Shown here piece by piece: positions 10,316 to 19,222 of a stretch of DNA of 52,566 nt. The notes beneath the pieces were generated by a model, which had not been told where the DNA came from, ran no database searches, and saw only the letters and a program-made list of their open reading frames with translations. Source of the stretch: a virus (Duplodnaviria; Caudoviricetes); IMG/VR virus record IMGVR_UViG_3300044627_003899, positions 1-52,566 of that record. One strand, 5' to 3'. Both the position numbers and the translations under genes were made by a program. Positions within the stretch are counted from its first letter, which is position 1. Each line of letters starts with the position of its first letter.

Positions 10316-11264
10316 AAAGCTTCTTCCCATAGAAGAAGAATTTTTATCTGAGATCTCCAAAAGAATTGAATCAAAGCTTCAGTTTAAGATCTCTAATGTA
10401 TTTAAGCATCACTCCAGTCCGCTTTATGACTGTTTTTTTATTGCTGCCGATAATCGACCATTTTTTCTAAAGGTCAATCTTTCTCCAGACGCCCCAAATT
10501 CTTGGGATTTGCTAGTTCAAAATAATTTTGATTTTCATCCAATAATTTTAGACTCTTCGTCTCTAGAGGATGAATTTAAATTTATATTTTTTGAGCTTCC
10601 CAAAGGTACGTTTGCTAATGATATATCGAACTATCTTTTGAGTCCAAAGCTCAATTTAGCAAACTTATTCGCTAGGGACTATAATAAAATTCATTCTTTT
10701 AAATTCTCGGCTAACGATGAAACGTTATCTTTGCATGAATCTTTTTTGCCAAGAGATGCAATGAGAATTTACAGAAAATACCCAATAGTAGATTTGTTCT
10801 CTACTTTAAAAATAGTTTTTGAGGATATTTATAAACCCAATCCATCTCATTGTAATTTTTGCCATTTTGATCTTAATCTAGAAAATATTATATATACTGG
10901 ATCTGAATTTAAATTTATTAATTTTGAATACTCATCTAACGCTAATAAATATTTAGATATATGGCTCACTAAAACATTACTCAATTGCTCTGATAGTACT
11001 TTTTATAAATTTCTGCAAAACTACGATAAAGAAGATGTTGAAAAAATACTTCAATATGAAGACGCCTCAAATCATTTTATTTTTTCGTATTTTAATTCAA
11101 AAATAATTGCAGAATATATGACCTTTGGTTTACGTGATCCAGTAAAATTAAAGGATTGGATAAACCAGTCTAGTTTTTTTTATTCAAAAATTGCAAATAA
11201 ACTTTATATCGAAAAAGATATTGACAAATTGATAAGAGACTTTTATTATCTGTGGCAACAATAA
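10272..11264 (+). CDS. APH/choline-kinase-like phosphotransferase
   Basis: FFLKV, CHFDLNLENII (HxDxxxxN), FINFEY (DFE-like with D to N). Confidence 0.6.
   Translation: MEKQKNFLQHTVSNKKLLPIEEEFLSEISKRIESKLQFKISNVFKHHSSPLYDCFFIAADNRPFFLKVNLSPDAPNSWDLLVQNNFDFHPIILDSSSLEDEFKFIFFELPKGTFANDISNYLLSPKLNLANLFARDYNKIHSFKFSANDETLSLHESFLPRDAMRIYRKYPIVDLFSTLKIVFEDIYKPNPSHCNFCHFDLNLENIIYTGSEFKFINFEYSSNANKYLDIWLTKTLLNCSDSTFYKFLQNYDKEDVEKILQYEDASNHFIFSYFNSKIIAEYMTFGLRDPVKLKDWINQSSFFYSKIANKLYIEKDIDKLIRDFYYLWQQ
11221..11249 (+). promoter_or_regulatory. sigma70-type promoter
   Basis: TTGACA-N17-TATTAT upstream of ATG 11269. Confidence 0.7.
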
Positions 11265-11268
11265 AATC

Positions 11269-11487
11269 ATGACAAATCGAACAAACACCGCACTAAACGT
11301 AATCAGAAAGTCTGCTGGTCGCTACTTTGGACTTGAGACAAAGAATGAGACTATCAATGCCCGCTTTATTGGCGAGTCTATCGCTACAATTGTTGTAGAA
11401 GACCGTAATGCTGGCGAGGTCCGTCGAATTGCTAAGTCTAGCATTACGGCGGTCTCATTCCGAGGCTCACGAACTGTAGTCCGCTAA
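11269..11487 (+). CDS. Small basic hypothetical protein
   Basis: 72 aa ORF bounded by promoter and terminator. Confidence 0.75.
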   Translation: MTNRTNTALNVIRKSAGRYFGLETKNETINARFIGESIATIVVEDRNAGEVRRIAKSSITAVSFRGSRTVVR

Positions 11488-11492
11488 CCACC

Positions 11493-11520
11493 AAAACCCA
11501 CAGGAAACTGTGGGTTTTTT
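11493..11520 (+). terminator. Rho-independent terminator
   Basis: AAAACCCACAG-GAAA-CTGTGGGTTTT followed by TT. Confidence 0.85.
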
Positions 11521-11521
11521 A

Positions 11522-11527
11522 GTGTAA
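11522..11527 (+). promoter_or_regulatory. GTGTAA motif
   Basis: Immediately after terminator, 8 nt before ATG 11536. Confidence 0.45.
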
Positions 11528-11535
11528 AAATATAT

Positions 11536-11751
11536 ATGCCATTACCAACACCGAAAAAGAATCAAGAGGAGAGTGATTTCATTGCCTCTTGCATGGGCTC
11601 AGAGACAATGAACAAAGAGTATCCAAATCAAAAGCAAAGAGCCGCAATTTGTTATTCTCAATACAAAAGAAAGAAGAAGAAGTCAGAAGGCTCAATGGAC
11701 GAGAAAACAGAGTGGAAAGAAGAGGATGTTTCTAGAGTAATTATAGAGTAA
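11536..11751 (+). CDS. Hypothetical phage protein
   Basis: MPLPTPK..E..FIASCM..QRAAICYSQ, a pattern typical of small phage ORFs. Confidence 0.7.
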   Translation: MPLPTPKKNQEESDFIASCMGSETMNKEYPNQKQRAAICYSQYKRKKKKSEGSMDEKTEWKEEDVSRVIIE

Positions 11752-11770
11752 TAAATAGTTTAAAAGATAA

Positions 11771-11811
11771 AGGGCGCATTTATCATCCTAAAACGATGAT
11801 TTATGCGCCTT
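11771..11811 (+). promoter_or_regulatory. Stem-loop occluding the start codon of 11803..12255
   Basis: GGCGCATTTATCATC-CTAAAAC-GATGATTTATGCGCC; 13 of 15 pairs plus two outer pairs; ATG lies in the 3' arm. Confidence 0.6.
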
Positions 11812-12255
11812 AATTTTTATAAACCAAATAGATCGAATACAGGTACAGCCGTATCTTTTAATACGGTAGACAAGAAGGAAGAAAAGGGTATAGATCTCTA
11901 TGTCAGCTTTATCAAGCAAGCTGGCTGGAACGATCAGACAAAGAAAGGTTCTTTTAGCGAGAACGCAAAGAACCCAGAGAAGACGGCTTCTCTAAAATTT
12001 AACGAAGCTGAGGCAGCTTCTATTATCCGAGCAGTTCGTCTTGGATCGAAGTTTTCGACTGTTCACGCTTTTCAAGGCTCCACTACATCTATTATGTTTG
12101 GGCCTTATCAAAAGAAGAATGGCGACGCTGCGCTTTCTTTTTCTATTAAGAAAGGTGAGCAATCATTTCTTATTGGTTTTGAACTTGGAGAAGGTGAGCT
12201 TATTGCCCAGTACCTAGAGAACTATCTCCGTAAGTCGTTCGACCTTTCTGAATGA
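11803..12255 (+). CDS. Hypothetical protein, possible PC4/Whirly-like ssDNA-binding protein
   Basis: Twice-repeated beta-strands-then-helix pattern (SLKFNEAEAASI / IGFELGEGELIA); replication-module context; fold is inference. Confidence 0.5.
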   Translation: MRLNFYKPNRSNTGTAVSFNTVDKKEEKGIDLYVSFIKQAGWNDQTKKGSFSENAKNPEKTASLKFNEAEAASIIRAVRLGSKFSTVHAFQGSTTSIMFGPYQKKNGDAALSFSIKKGEQSFLIGFELGEGELIAQYLENYLRKSFDLSE

Positions 12256-14153
12256 AAAAGACTGTAGTTTTCCATAGCAATCACAGCCGAATGTTTACAG
12301 GATTCGGCAAGAATGCTAAAAATGTTCTCAGGTATCTTTATAAAACTGGCAAATACAATATTATTGAATTCGCCAACTCAAAGACTAAGAACGCCGAAGA
12401 TCTAAAGACGCTTCCTTGGCAAGCGTTTGGCACTCTTCCAGAGCAAGGAAAACTACAGGCTCTTGCCTCTGATCAAACAAAGATCAGAATGGCTAGTTAT
12501 GGGGTAATTGAAATTGATGAGCTTATCAAAGAGGCAAAGCCAGATTTCTATATTGGCACAGAGGACATCTGGGCTCTATCTCCTTTGGTCGATAAGAAAT
12601 GGTGGAATGAGAATTGCATGATATGGACAACCCTTGATTCTCTTCCTATCTATCCTGATGCGATCAACATCATCTCAAAAGTAAAACATTATTACGCTTG
12701 GAGTTCTTTCGTAGAAAAAGAAATCAAGCGACTTGGATACCCAGAAGGTTCAATAAAGACATTAAGAGGGGCAACAGAGACCTCCTCATTCTTTAGACTC
12801 AAGGACGAAGAGAAGAAGCTGTTGAGGAAAGAGTTTGGGCTTTCTGATGAATTCATCGTTGGGTTTGTTTTTAGAAATCAACTCAGAAAAAGCGTCCCTA
12901 ATCTAATGCAGGGCTTTAAGCTTTTCAAGGACAAGAATCCAAAACTTAAGCCTAAACTGCTTCTGCATACACATTGGTCAGAAGGTTGGGATATTCAAAG
13001 GTTGATCAAAGACAATGGGCTAGACAACTCCGACATTCTTACTACTTATTTTTGCAAAAAGTGCAAACAGTATGAAATCAAATCGTTTTCGGGTCAAAAG
13101 ATTGCTTGTAGATTTTGTGACGGCAAAGATACTGTAGAGACAACGAATATTCATAATGGCGTAAGCGAAGACCAGCTTAATGAAATTTATAATTTAATGG
13201 ATGTTTACTGCCATCCATTCACAAGTGGTGGTCAAGAAATTCCAGTAACAGAAGCAAAACTTACTGAGTTAATCACATTAGTCACGAACTATTCTTGCGG
13301 AGAAGATTTTTCCACTGAAGATAGCGGAGGAATGCCGCTTTCTTGGAAACCGTATTTTGAACCTGGCACAAACTTTATCAAAGCGACTACTCTTCCAGAG
13401 TCTATCGCAGATAAGCTTGAGAGAGTTGCCTATACTCCACTTTCTAAGCGAAGTGAAATGGGCAAAAAAGCCAGACAGTTCGTTTTGGATAATCTGTCTG
13501 CCGAGGTAATTGGAAAACAAATAGAAAAGATTATTGATAACGCCCCGAAAATTCAATGGAGTTACTCCTCTTCTTTTGAGCTTAGAAACCCAAACCATCA
13601 GCCAATTGAATCCACAAATGATACTGATTGGGTAGTTGATCTTTACAAAAACATTCTAAAGATGAATGTTGATTCAGAGGATAGTGGGGTAAAGGGCTGG
13701 GTTAACCAAATTAAAAATGGCGGCTCAAGAGAGTCGGTTTTGAATTATTTTAGGCAAACTGCCATAAAGGAAAATCAAGAGAATACCCGTGTTGAGCTTT
13801 CTGATCTGCTAGACAAAGACGACAAGGGAAGAAGAATACTTTTTGCAATTCCCCAAAGCGCGGGCGACGTTTTTCTTTGCACGTCGCTACTTCCATCCAT
13901 AAAGAAAACTTATCCAAATTATAATATATACTTTGCGACAAAACCTGAGTTTTTCGAGATTCTGGATTGCAATCCATATATTCATAAGAAAATTGTTTTT
14001 AGCCCATTCATGGAAAACCTATTAACTATGGAAGGCCATGCTGGTGGAGAAGGATATTTTGATATCGCATTTCTTCCTCACGTTGGCACTCAAAAGATAT
14101 TTGACTACCAGCATAACGGCAAAGATATAATACAATTCGATATAAAGGCATAA
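12252..14153 (+). CDS. GT-B (GT4-like) glycosyltransferase with CxxC..CxxC insert, helical DUF4214-like segment and C-terminal GT9 N-lobe
   Basis: TGFGKN, VFRNQLRKS, YNLMDVYCHPFTSGGQEIPVTEA; LYKNILKM..GVKGWV; QSAGDVFLCTSLL..NPYI. Confidence 0.8.
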   Translation: MKKTVVFHSNHSRMFTGFGKNAKNVLRYLYKTGKYNIIEFANSKTKNAEDLKTLPWQAFGTLPEQGKLQALASDQTKIRMASYGVIEIDELIKEAKPDFYIGTEDIWALSPLVDKKWWNENCMIWTTLDSLPIYPDAINIISKVKHYYAWSSFVEKEIKRLGYPEGSIKTLRGATETSSFFRLKDEEKKLLRKEFGLSDEFIVGFVFRNQLRKSVPNLMQGFKLFKDKNPKLKPKLLLHTHWSEGWDIQRLIKDNGLDNSDILTTYFCKKCKQYEIKSFSGQKIACRFCDGKDTVETTNIHNGVSEDQLNEIYNLMDVYCHPFTSGGQEIPVTEAKLTELITLVTNYSCGEDFSTEDSGGMPLSWKPYFEPGTNFIKATTLPESIADKLERVAYTPLSKRSEMGKKARQFVLDNLSAEVIGKQIEKIIDNAPKIQWSYSSSFELRNPNHQPIESTNDTDWVVDLYKNILKMNVDSEDSGVKGWVNQIKNGGSRESVLNYFRQTAIKENQENTRVELSDLLDKDDKGRRILFAIPQSAGDVFLCTSLLPSIKKTYPNYNIYFATKPEFFEILDCNPYIHKKIVFSPFMENLLTMEGHAGGEGYFDIAFLPHVGTQKIFDYQHNGKDIIQFDIKA

Positions 14154-14154
14154 C

Positions 14155-15360
14155 ATGCATATTTTAGATAGATACGCTTTATCTTGTGGAGTTAAAATCG
14201 ATAAGCCGTTTATAAATTTACATTACTACCCAATAACTCTAGAAAAATATATAGTATTTCAAACTAGCGGCAAAGGCAATTCTCGTCAGTACGATTACTG
14301 GCACAAAGTATTCTCCTTTATTAAGGAATATGCGCCTGATTATAAGATTGTCCATATTGGTGTGCCTTCTGATCAATCTGTTCATGGGATTGATATTGAT
14401 TTGCGCGGTAAAACTTCCATAAACCATTTAGCATATATAATCAAAAACTCTTCTATTTACGTTGGAGTTGACAGTCTATCAGTTCATTTAGCGAGCGCTA
14501 ATAACAAAAAGATAGTTGCTCTTTATTCTTACTGTTACGCGCAAAACTGTAGTCCAGTTTGGGGAGATCGCAAAGACCATACTTTGATAGAGGTTGATTG
14601 GGTAAAATACGGCAAGCCCTCATTTTCATTAAACGAGGAAAATAAAAAAATTAATAAAATTAATCCAGAGATTATCGCTAAATCTGTGCTGGATCAATTA
14701 GAAGTTCCTAATGATTTGGATAAAATCCAGACCATACACATTGGAGCGTCGTTTCATACTCCTGTTATTGAAATAATTCCAGACGATGGTCCGATCCCAG
14801 TTTTGATCAAAGAAAAGGTCTGCAATGTTAGGCTAGATTATCTTTTCAATGAAAAAAAGCTTCTCCAATTATCGTCAGTTTCGTTTTTGAATATTATTTC
14901 AAACAAGCCAGTTGACTTAGGGCTTCTAAATACAATCAAATCAAAAGTTTCTGGTATGACGCTTATCGTCGATGCGTCCTTTGATATTGATTATTTAAAA
15001 ACAGTAAAAAATTTCGGCTTCAAATTAACCTTGACTGCTCCAAATGACAACGGCTGGGGCGCGTTGGCAGAAAAGTTTTTTGATTTTGGGCTAGAAAAAG
15101 AAGAGGTCGTAACAAAGAATAGTGTGAAAGATTCAGATAAAGTAAGCGATCAGTGGATTTTCTCTTCGGAAAAAATCATAATTTCGAATGGGAAAATCTT
15201 TTCCAGTAAAGCGAGCTGGAAAAACAATCAGCCAAAGCTTGACAAGTACTCAAAAGTCATCGACACTCCTGACTTCTGGGAAGAATCTGAACATTTTCAT
15301 ATTTTAAAAGATGAACGACCAAACTGGAACAGCGCAAAAAATTCCCTCTCTCCGCGATGA
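14155..15360 (+). CDS. GT9 (heptosyltransferase-like) C-lobe plus unknown domain
   Basis: YIVFQT, IVHIG, DLRGKTSI, YVGVDSLSVHLASA..IVALY. Confidence 0.75.
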   Translation: MHILDRYALSCGVKIDKPFINLHYYPITLEKYIVFQTSGKGNSRQYDYWHKVFSFIKEYAPDYKIVHIGVPSDQSVHGIDIDLRGKTSINHLAYIIKNSSIYVGVDSLSVHLASANNKKIVALYSYCYAQNCSPVWGDRKDHTLIEVDWVKYGKPSFSLNEENKKINKINPEIIAKSVLDQLEVPNDLDKIQTIHIGASFHTPVIEIIPDDGPIPVLIKEKVCNVRLDYLFNEKKLLQLSSVSFLNIISNKPVDLGLLNTIKSKVSGMTLIVDASFDIDYLKTVKNFGFKLTLTAPNDNGWGALAEKFFDFGLEKEEVVTKNSVKDSDKVSDQWIFSSEKIIISNGKIFSSKASWKNNQPKLDKYSKVIDTPDFWEESEHFHILKDERPNWNSAKNSLSPR

Positions 15361-16093
15361 GAGAGGTCTAATCAAGAACGTTAATCATATCTTTAAAAAG
15401 GACGGAACCGTGGATTGGCGTGCGATGGTCAATCCCGCGCACCTTTATCCAAATAAAGACTGGTTTGCTCGCAGAAACGCAGCAGTCCCAGAATCATCTG
15501 AAGGTCTACGCGACGATCAGCTTTTAATTAAGTTGGCTGGAATCAAAGAAGTCGCAAAGCTTCGTGGATTCAATAGAGTAGCCTTTAACTTCCCAAAGCT
15601 TGATAATGATTATGTAGTTGCCACTTGCCAAATTGACTGGATCGAAAATTTTGAAACATCATTCGATCCAAATGCATTTACTATGATTGCCTCGATGGAC
15701 GTAGCGAACGCGACTTCTGAAAACACAGATGGATTTGGGCAAAAGTTTCTAGAGACTATCGCTGCGAACCGAGCTTTCGTTCGCACTGTTCGTAATTATC
15801 TTGGTATTCATATCGTTGGTGAAGACGAAATCGCCAAGGGTAATGGTACAAAAGCTCAAATTAACGAAGGTTCAGCCGACGTTTCTCCCCAAGGTATTTT
15901 AGCAAAGAAATTTGCAGATTCGCCTCATTGCAATTCTGGAACTGAATGGTCTGATTTTAAAGAATGGCTTAGACAGCTTTGGAAACAAGAAGCCTATCGA
16001 AACGAGTCTGCAAAAGAATGGAAATCTTGGAGCGATGTCCCTGCAAAGGAAGCTCGTACTCTTCTAAAGTTCATCAAGCAGACCAATGACTAA
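15311..16093 (+). CDS. Hypothetical protein, possible Rad52/Sak-like ssDNA annealase
   Basis: LIKLAGI..A, VATCQI, ETIAANRAFVRTVRNYLGI..EDEI resemble the Rad52-like core; inference. Confidence 0.5.
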   Translation: MNDQTGTAQKIPSLRDERGLIKNVNHIFKKDGTVDWRAMVNPAHLYPNKDWFARRNAAVPESSEGLRDDQLLIKLAGIKEVAKLRGFNRVAFNFPKLDNDYVVATCQIDWIENFETSFDPNAFTMIASMDVANATSENTDGFGQKFLETIAANRAFVRTVRNYLGIHIVGEDEIAKGNGTKAQINEGSADVSPQGILAKKFADSPHCNSGTEWSDFKEWLRQLWKQEAYRNESAKEWKSWSDVPAKEARTLLKFIKQTND

Positions 16094-16559
16094 AAGAATT
16101 ACTAGTGCCACAGAGCTTCGCCAAGCATTAGAAATAATGAAAAAAGGCGAAAGGTTGACTAAGGTTATCAGTCAGCAAAAACATATTGCAGGAGACTGGA
16201 ATCTTGATCATTTGCAAGATCAGTTAATCCAGCTTCTTTTAGTTTTTAAACAGAATGCGGTAATTTTTATTAACTACGAAACTAACAAGCAGCCAGTTTC
16301 TCTTTTTGCTGGAATGATCACAGAGGACTGGGCTTGTGGTAAGCTTGGGCTTAATGAAATTGCATGGGTTACTGTTGACAAGTCCCAACTTGGCGGCGTA
16401 AAAGTTCTACAGGCTGTAGAAAACCTTATCAAAGAATTAAATATAGATTTTCTATCTTGCAATTATATGTGCAATGGTGGAGATCCAAGAGTGCAAGCTT
16501 TTTATTTAAATAATGGGTTTAGATTGGATACACTTACTTTTGTAAAGAATTACAAATAA
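16086..16559 (+). CDS. GNAT-fold acetyltransferase-like protein
   Basis: EIAWVT..GGVKVLQAVE..FYLNNGF. Confidence 0.6.
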   Translation: MTKRITSATELRQALEIMKKGERLTKVISQQKHIAGDWNLDHLQDQLIQLLLVFKQNAVIFINYETNKQPVSLFAGMITEDWACGKLGLNEIAWVTVDKSQLGGVKVLQAVENLIKELNIDFLSCNYMCNGGDPRVQAFYLNNGFRLDTLTFVKNYK

Positions 16560-16585
16560 TTCCTAACCCAATTTTTTTCCTTTTT

Positions 16586-16614
16586 AGGCTTTACTAAAAC
16601 TGTAAAGCCTTTTA
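16586..16614 (+). terminator. Perfect 9-bp hairpin upstream of nrdA (terminator or regulatory)
   Basis: AGGCTTTAC-TAAAACT-GTAAAGCCT followed by a short T run. Confidence 0.55.
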
Positions 16615-16629
16615 CCTTATTTTACTTTT

Positions 16630-18930
16630 ATGAAAAAAACAATGTCTGTTAAGAAGAGAAGCGGAGAAGTCGTAAAGTTCGATGCTGACAAGATTAATAA
16701 AGTCTTGGCTTGGGCTTGCGAAGACATTCCAGACACCTCCTTTGAGGAGGTTGCGATGAACGCTAATCTTTCATTCTTTGACGGTATTTCTTCAAAGGAT
16801 ATCCACAATACCCTTATTGAAGCTGCCGCAGGCTTGATTTCGGAAGAAAAGCCTCAATATCAATACGTTGCGTCTAAGCTTCTTAACTTTCAGCTTAGAA
16901 AGGAAGTCTGGGGAGGAAAGAACGCCCCAAAACTTATTGATTTTGTCAAGGAGAATATCAAACTAAACGTTTATGATCCAGATATTTTAAATTGGTATGA
17001 CGAGCGCGAGTTCCATAAGCTCGACGAGTTCCTGCGCCATAATAATGATTTTAATTTCACCTATGCTGGCATTAAGCAGCTTTGTGAGAAATATCTGGTT
17101 CAAAATAGAACCACAAAGAAAATCTACGAGACTCCGCAGTTCGCTTATATGCTTATTGCTATGACATTCTTCAAGAGTTATAAGAACGACAGAATCAATT
17201 ATATTAAAAAGGCTTATAACTACTTCAGCCAGCACAAGATTAATTTGCCAACTCCAATTATGGCAGGGGTCCGCACAACGCTGAAGTCATATGCGTCTTG
17301 CGCCCTGTTTACTGTAGATGATGCTCTTGGTTCAATCTTTGCAAACAATAGCGCAATTGGCTTCGCTACTGGAAGTCGCTATGGCATTGGCATTAATGCT
17401 AGCCGTATTCGCGCCGTCAATAGCCCAGTAAAGGGCGGCATGGTCAGTCATACCGGCCCAGTGCCGTTCTTGAAGATGTTTGAGTCTACAGTAAAAAGCT
17501 GCCATCAAAATGGAATCCGAGGCGGATCTGCAACAGTTAACGTAGCTTGGTTCCATCACGATATCGAAGATATTCTTGTTCTAAAGAACAATGCTGGCAC
17601 AGACGACAATCGCGTTCGCAAGCTCGATTACTGCATTGGCTTTGATCGCCTGTTTTATGATCGCGCAATGGCAAACAAGAATGTTACTCTGTTTTCATAT
17701 CACGAAGTTCCTGAGCTTTGGAACAATTTCGGAATGCCAGAGTTTAAGGAGCTTTACGAAGCCGCAGAGAACAATCCCAAGATCAAGTTCAAAAAGATCG
17801 TAAACGCCAGAGAGCTTCTGTTTCTCTTCTCAAAGGAGCGTGTAGAGACTGGACGTATTTACGCGATGAATGTAGACCATGCAAACTCTCATGGCGCTTG
17901 GCTAGAACAAGTCGATACATCGAATCTTTGCCTTGAAGTAAATCATCCCTTGAAGGCAATCAATGATGTTAATGATCCAAATGGCGAAATCGGCGTCTGC
18001 ATTCTTTCTGCCGTTAATCTAGTAGAAGTTTCAGAAAACGAAATGGAATCAGTCTGCGATGTCATCGTGAGAATGCTTGACGAGCTTATTGATCACCAAG
18101 ATTATTTCGTTCCTGCCGCAGCAAACTTCGCAAAGAATCGCCGCAGTCTTGGCGTTGGCGTAACAAATCTCGCCGCTTACTTTGCCAAGAATAAGATTAA
18201 GTATTTTGACAAGCAGGCGCCAAATAAGGCCGCTGCCATAATGGAGCTTGTCAGCTACAATCTTATCAAGGCTTCCGTTGGTTTGGCAAAAGAAAAAGGC
18301 ACTTGCGCCAAATTTAATCTCACTAAATATTCAAAGGGCATCCTTCCTATCGACAATTACTGCAAGAGCGTCGATGAGTTTGTAAAGGAAAAGCTCCATT
18401 GTGATTGGGAGGCTCTTCGTCAAGATATCAAGCAATACGGAATGCGCCATAGCACTCTGACCGCTTTGATGCCCGTAGAGTCAAGCTCTGTGATTCAATC
18501 ATCGACTAACGGCATTGAGCCTCCACGCTCTCTTATCTCCTTCAAGAGATCAAAGGCTGGCGTAATGCCCGTTGTTGTCCCCGCTATCGATAAGCACAAG
18601 GATGACTATACTTTGGCATTTGAAATGCCCACCAACGAAGGGTATCTCAAGGTAGTCGCCGCTCTTCAGAAATTCGTTGACATGAGCATCTCAACGAATC
18701 TTTATTACAATACTACCAGATATCCAAACAAAATTCCTCCTCAGACCGAGCTTGTAAAGGATATTCTGCTTGCTTATAAGTACGGGATCAAGAATCTCTA
18801 TTACACAAATACGTTTGATGGGGACACTCAGACAGTTCTGCACACCAAAAAAGAAGTACAACAACCACAACCACAATCAGAACCGCAAGAAGAAACCGAA
18901 GGATGTGCCGGTGGAGCTTGCACATTATAA
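16630..18930 (+). CDS. nrdA: Ribonucleotide reductase class Ia alpha subunit with ATP cone
   Basis: VKKRSG ATP cone, PTPIMAG, SC, SNLCLE, STNGIEP, LYY, C-terminal CAGGAC. Confidence 0.96.
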   Translation: MKKTMSVKKRSGEVVKFDADKINKVLAWACEDIPDTSFEEVAMNANLSFFDGISSKDIHNTLIEAAAGLISEEKPQYQYVASKLLNFQLRKEVWGGKNAPKLIDFVKENIKLNVYDPDILNWYDEREFHKLDEFLRHNNDFNFTYAGIKQLCEKYLVQNRTTKKIYETPQFAYMLIAMTFFKSYKNDRINYIKKAYNYFSQHKINLPTPIMAGVRTTLKSYASCALFTVDDALGSIFANNSAIGFATGSRYGIGINASRIRAVNSPVKGGMVSHTGPVPFLKMFESTVKSCHQNGIRGGSATVNVAWFHHDIEDILVLKNNAGTDDNRVRKLDYCIGFDRLFYDRAMANKNVTLFSYHEVPELWNNFGMPEFKELYEAAENNPKIKFKKIVNARELLFLFSKERVETGRIYAMNVDHANSHGAWLEQVDTSNLCLEVNHPLKAINDVNDPNGEIGVCILSAVNLVEVSENEMESVCDVIVRMLDELIDHQDYFVPAAANFAKNRRSLGVGVTNLAAYFAKNKIKYFDKQAPNKAAAIMELVSYNLIKASVGLAKEKGTCAKFNLTKYSKGILPIDNYCKSVDEFVKEKLHCDWEALRQDIKQYGMRHSTLTALMPVESSSVIQSSTNGIEPPRSLISFKRSKAGVMPVVVPAIDKHKDDYTLAFEMPTNEGYLKVVAALQKFVDMSISTNLYYNTTRYPNKIPPQTELVKDILLAYKYGIKNLYYTNTFDGDTQTVLHTKKEVQQPQPQSEPQEETEGCAGGACTL

Positions 18931-18932
18931 AC

Positions 18933-19217
18933 ATGAACTTTAATAATCTATCAAAAATAAGCATAGCGACAAAACGCCAATGGCTTATAAAAAAAGGATA
19001 TAAGTCTGCTATTACTGCCGACAATGATTATATTAATAAACTTTTTGAACTTTATGTTCCTACATGGGCTTTAGAAGCAGAAAAGTTTAAAAAGCAAAAT
19101 AAGAAAAATAAAAATAAATATTCTGGAGCTTCTCCTAAAGAATGGGCCTCATGGGGAGGGACAAATAGACCACATCACTCAGGTGGACGAAAGCGCAATA
19201 CCAGAAACTATATCTAA
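18933..19217 (+). CDS. Basic hypothetical protein between nrdA and nrdB
   Basis: Fills the nrdA-nrdB gap; AT-rich, Lys-rich. Confidence 0.55.
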   Translation: MNFNNLSKISIATKRQWLIKKGYKSAITADNDYINKLFELYVPTWALEAEKFKKQNKKNKNKYSGASPKEWASWGGTNRPHHSGGRKRNTRNYI

Positions 19218-19222
19218 TAAAA

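Noticed and set aside
15239-15267. TTGACA-N17-GACACT upstream of ORF 15311
   Set aside because: Weak -10 inside coding sequence; insufficient support
18855-18885. CAACCA repeats near the end of nrdA
   Set aside because: Encodes the flexible QPQPQ linker before the C-terminal cysteines
5329-18930. Inteins or introns in dnaE or nrdA
   Set aside because: Motifs are contiguous at normal spacing; no splice-junction or LAGLIDADG motifs seen
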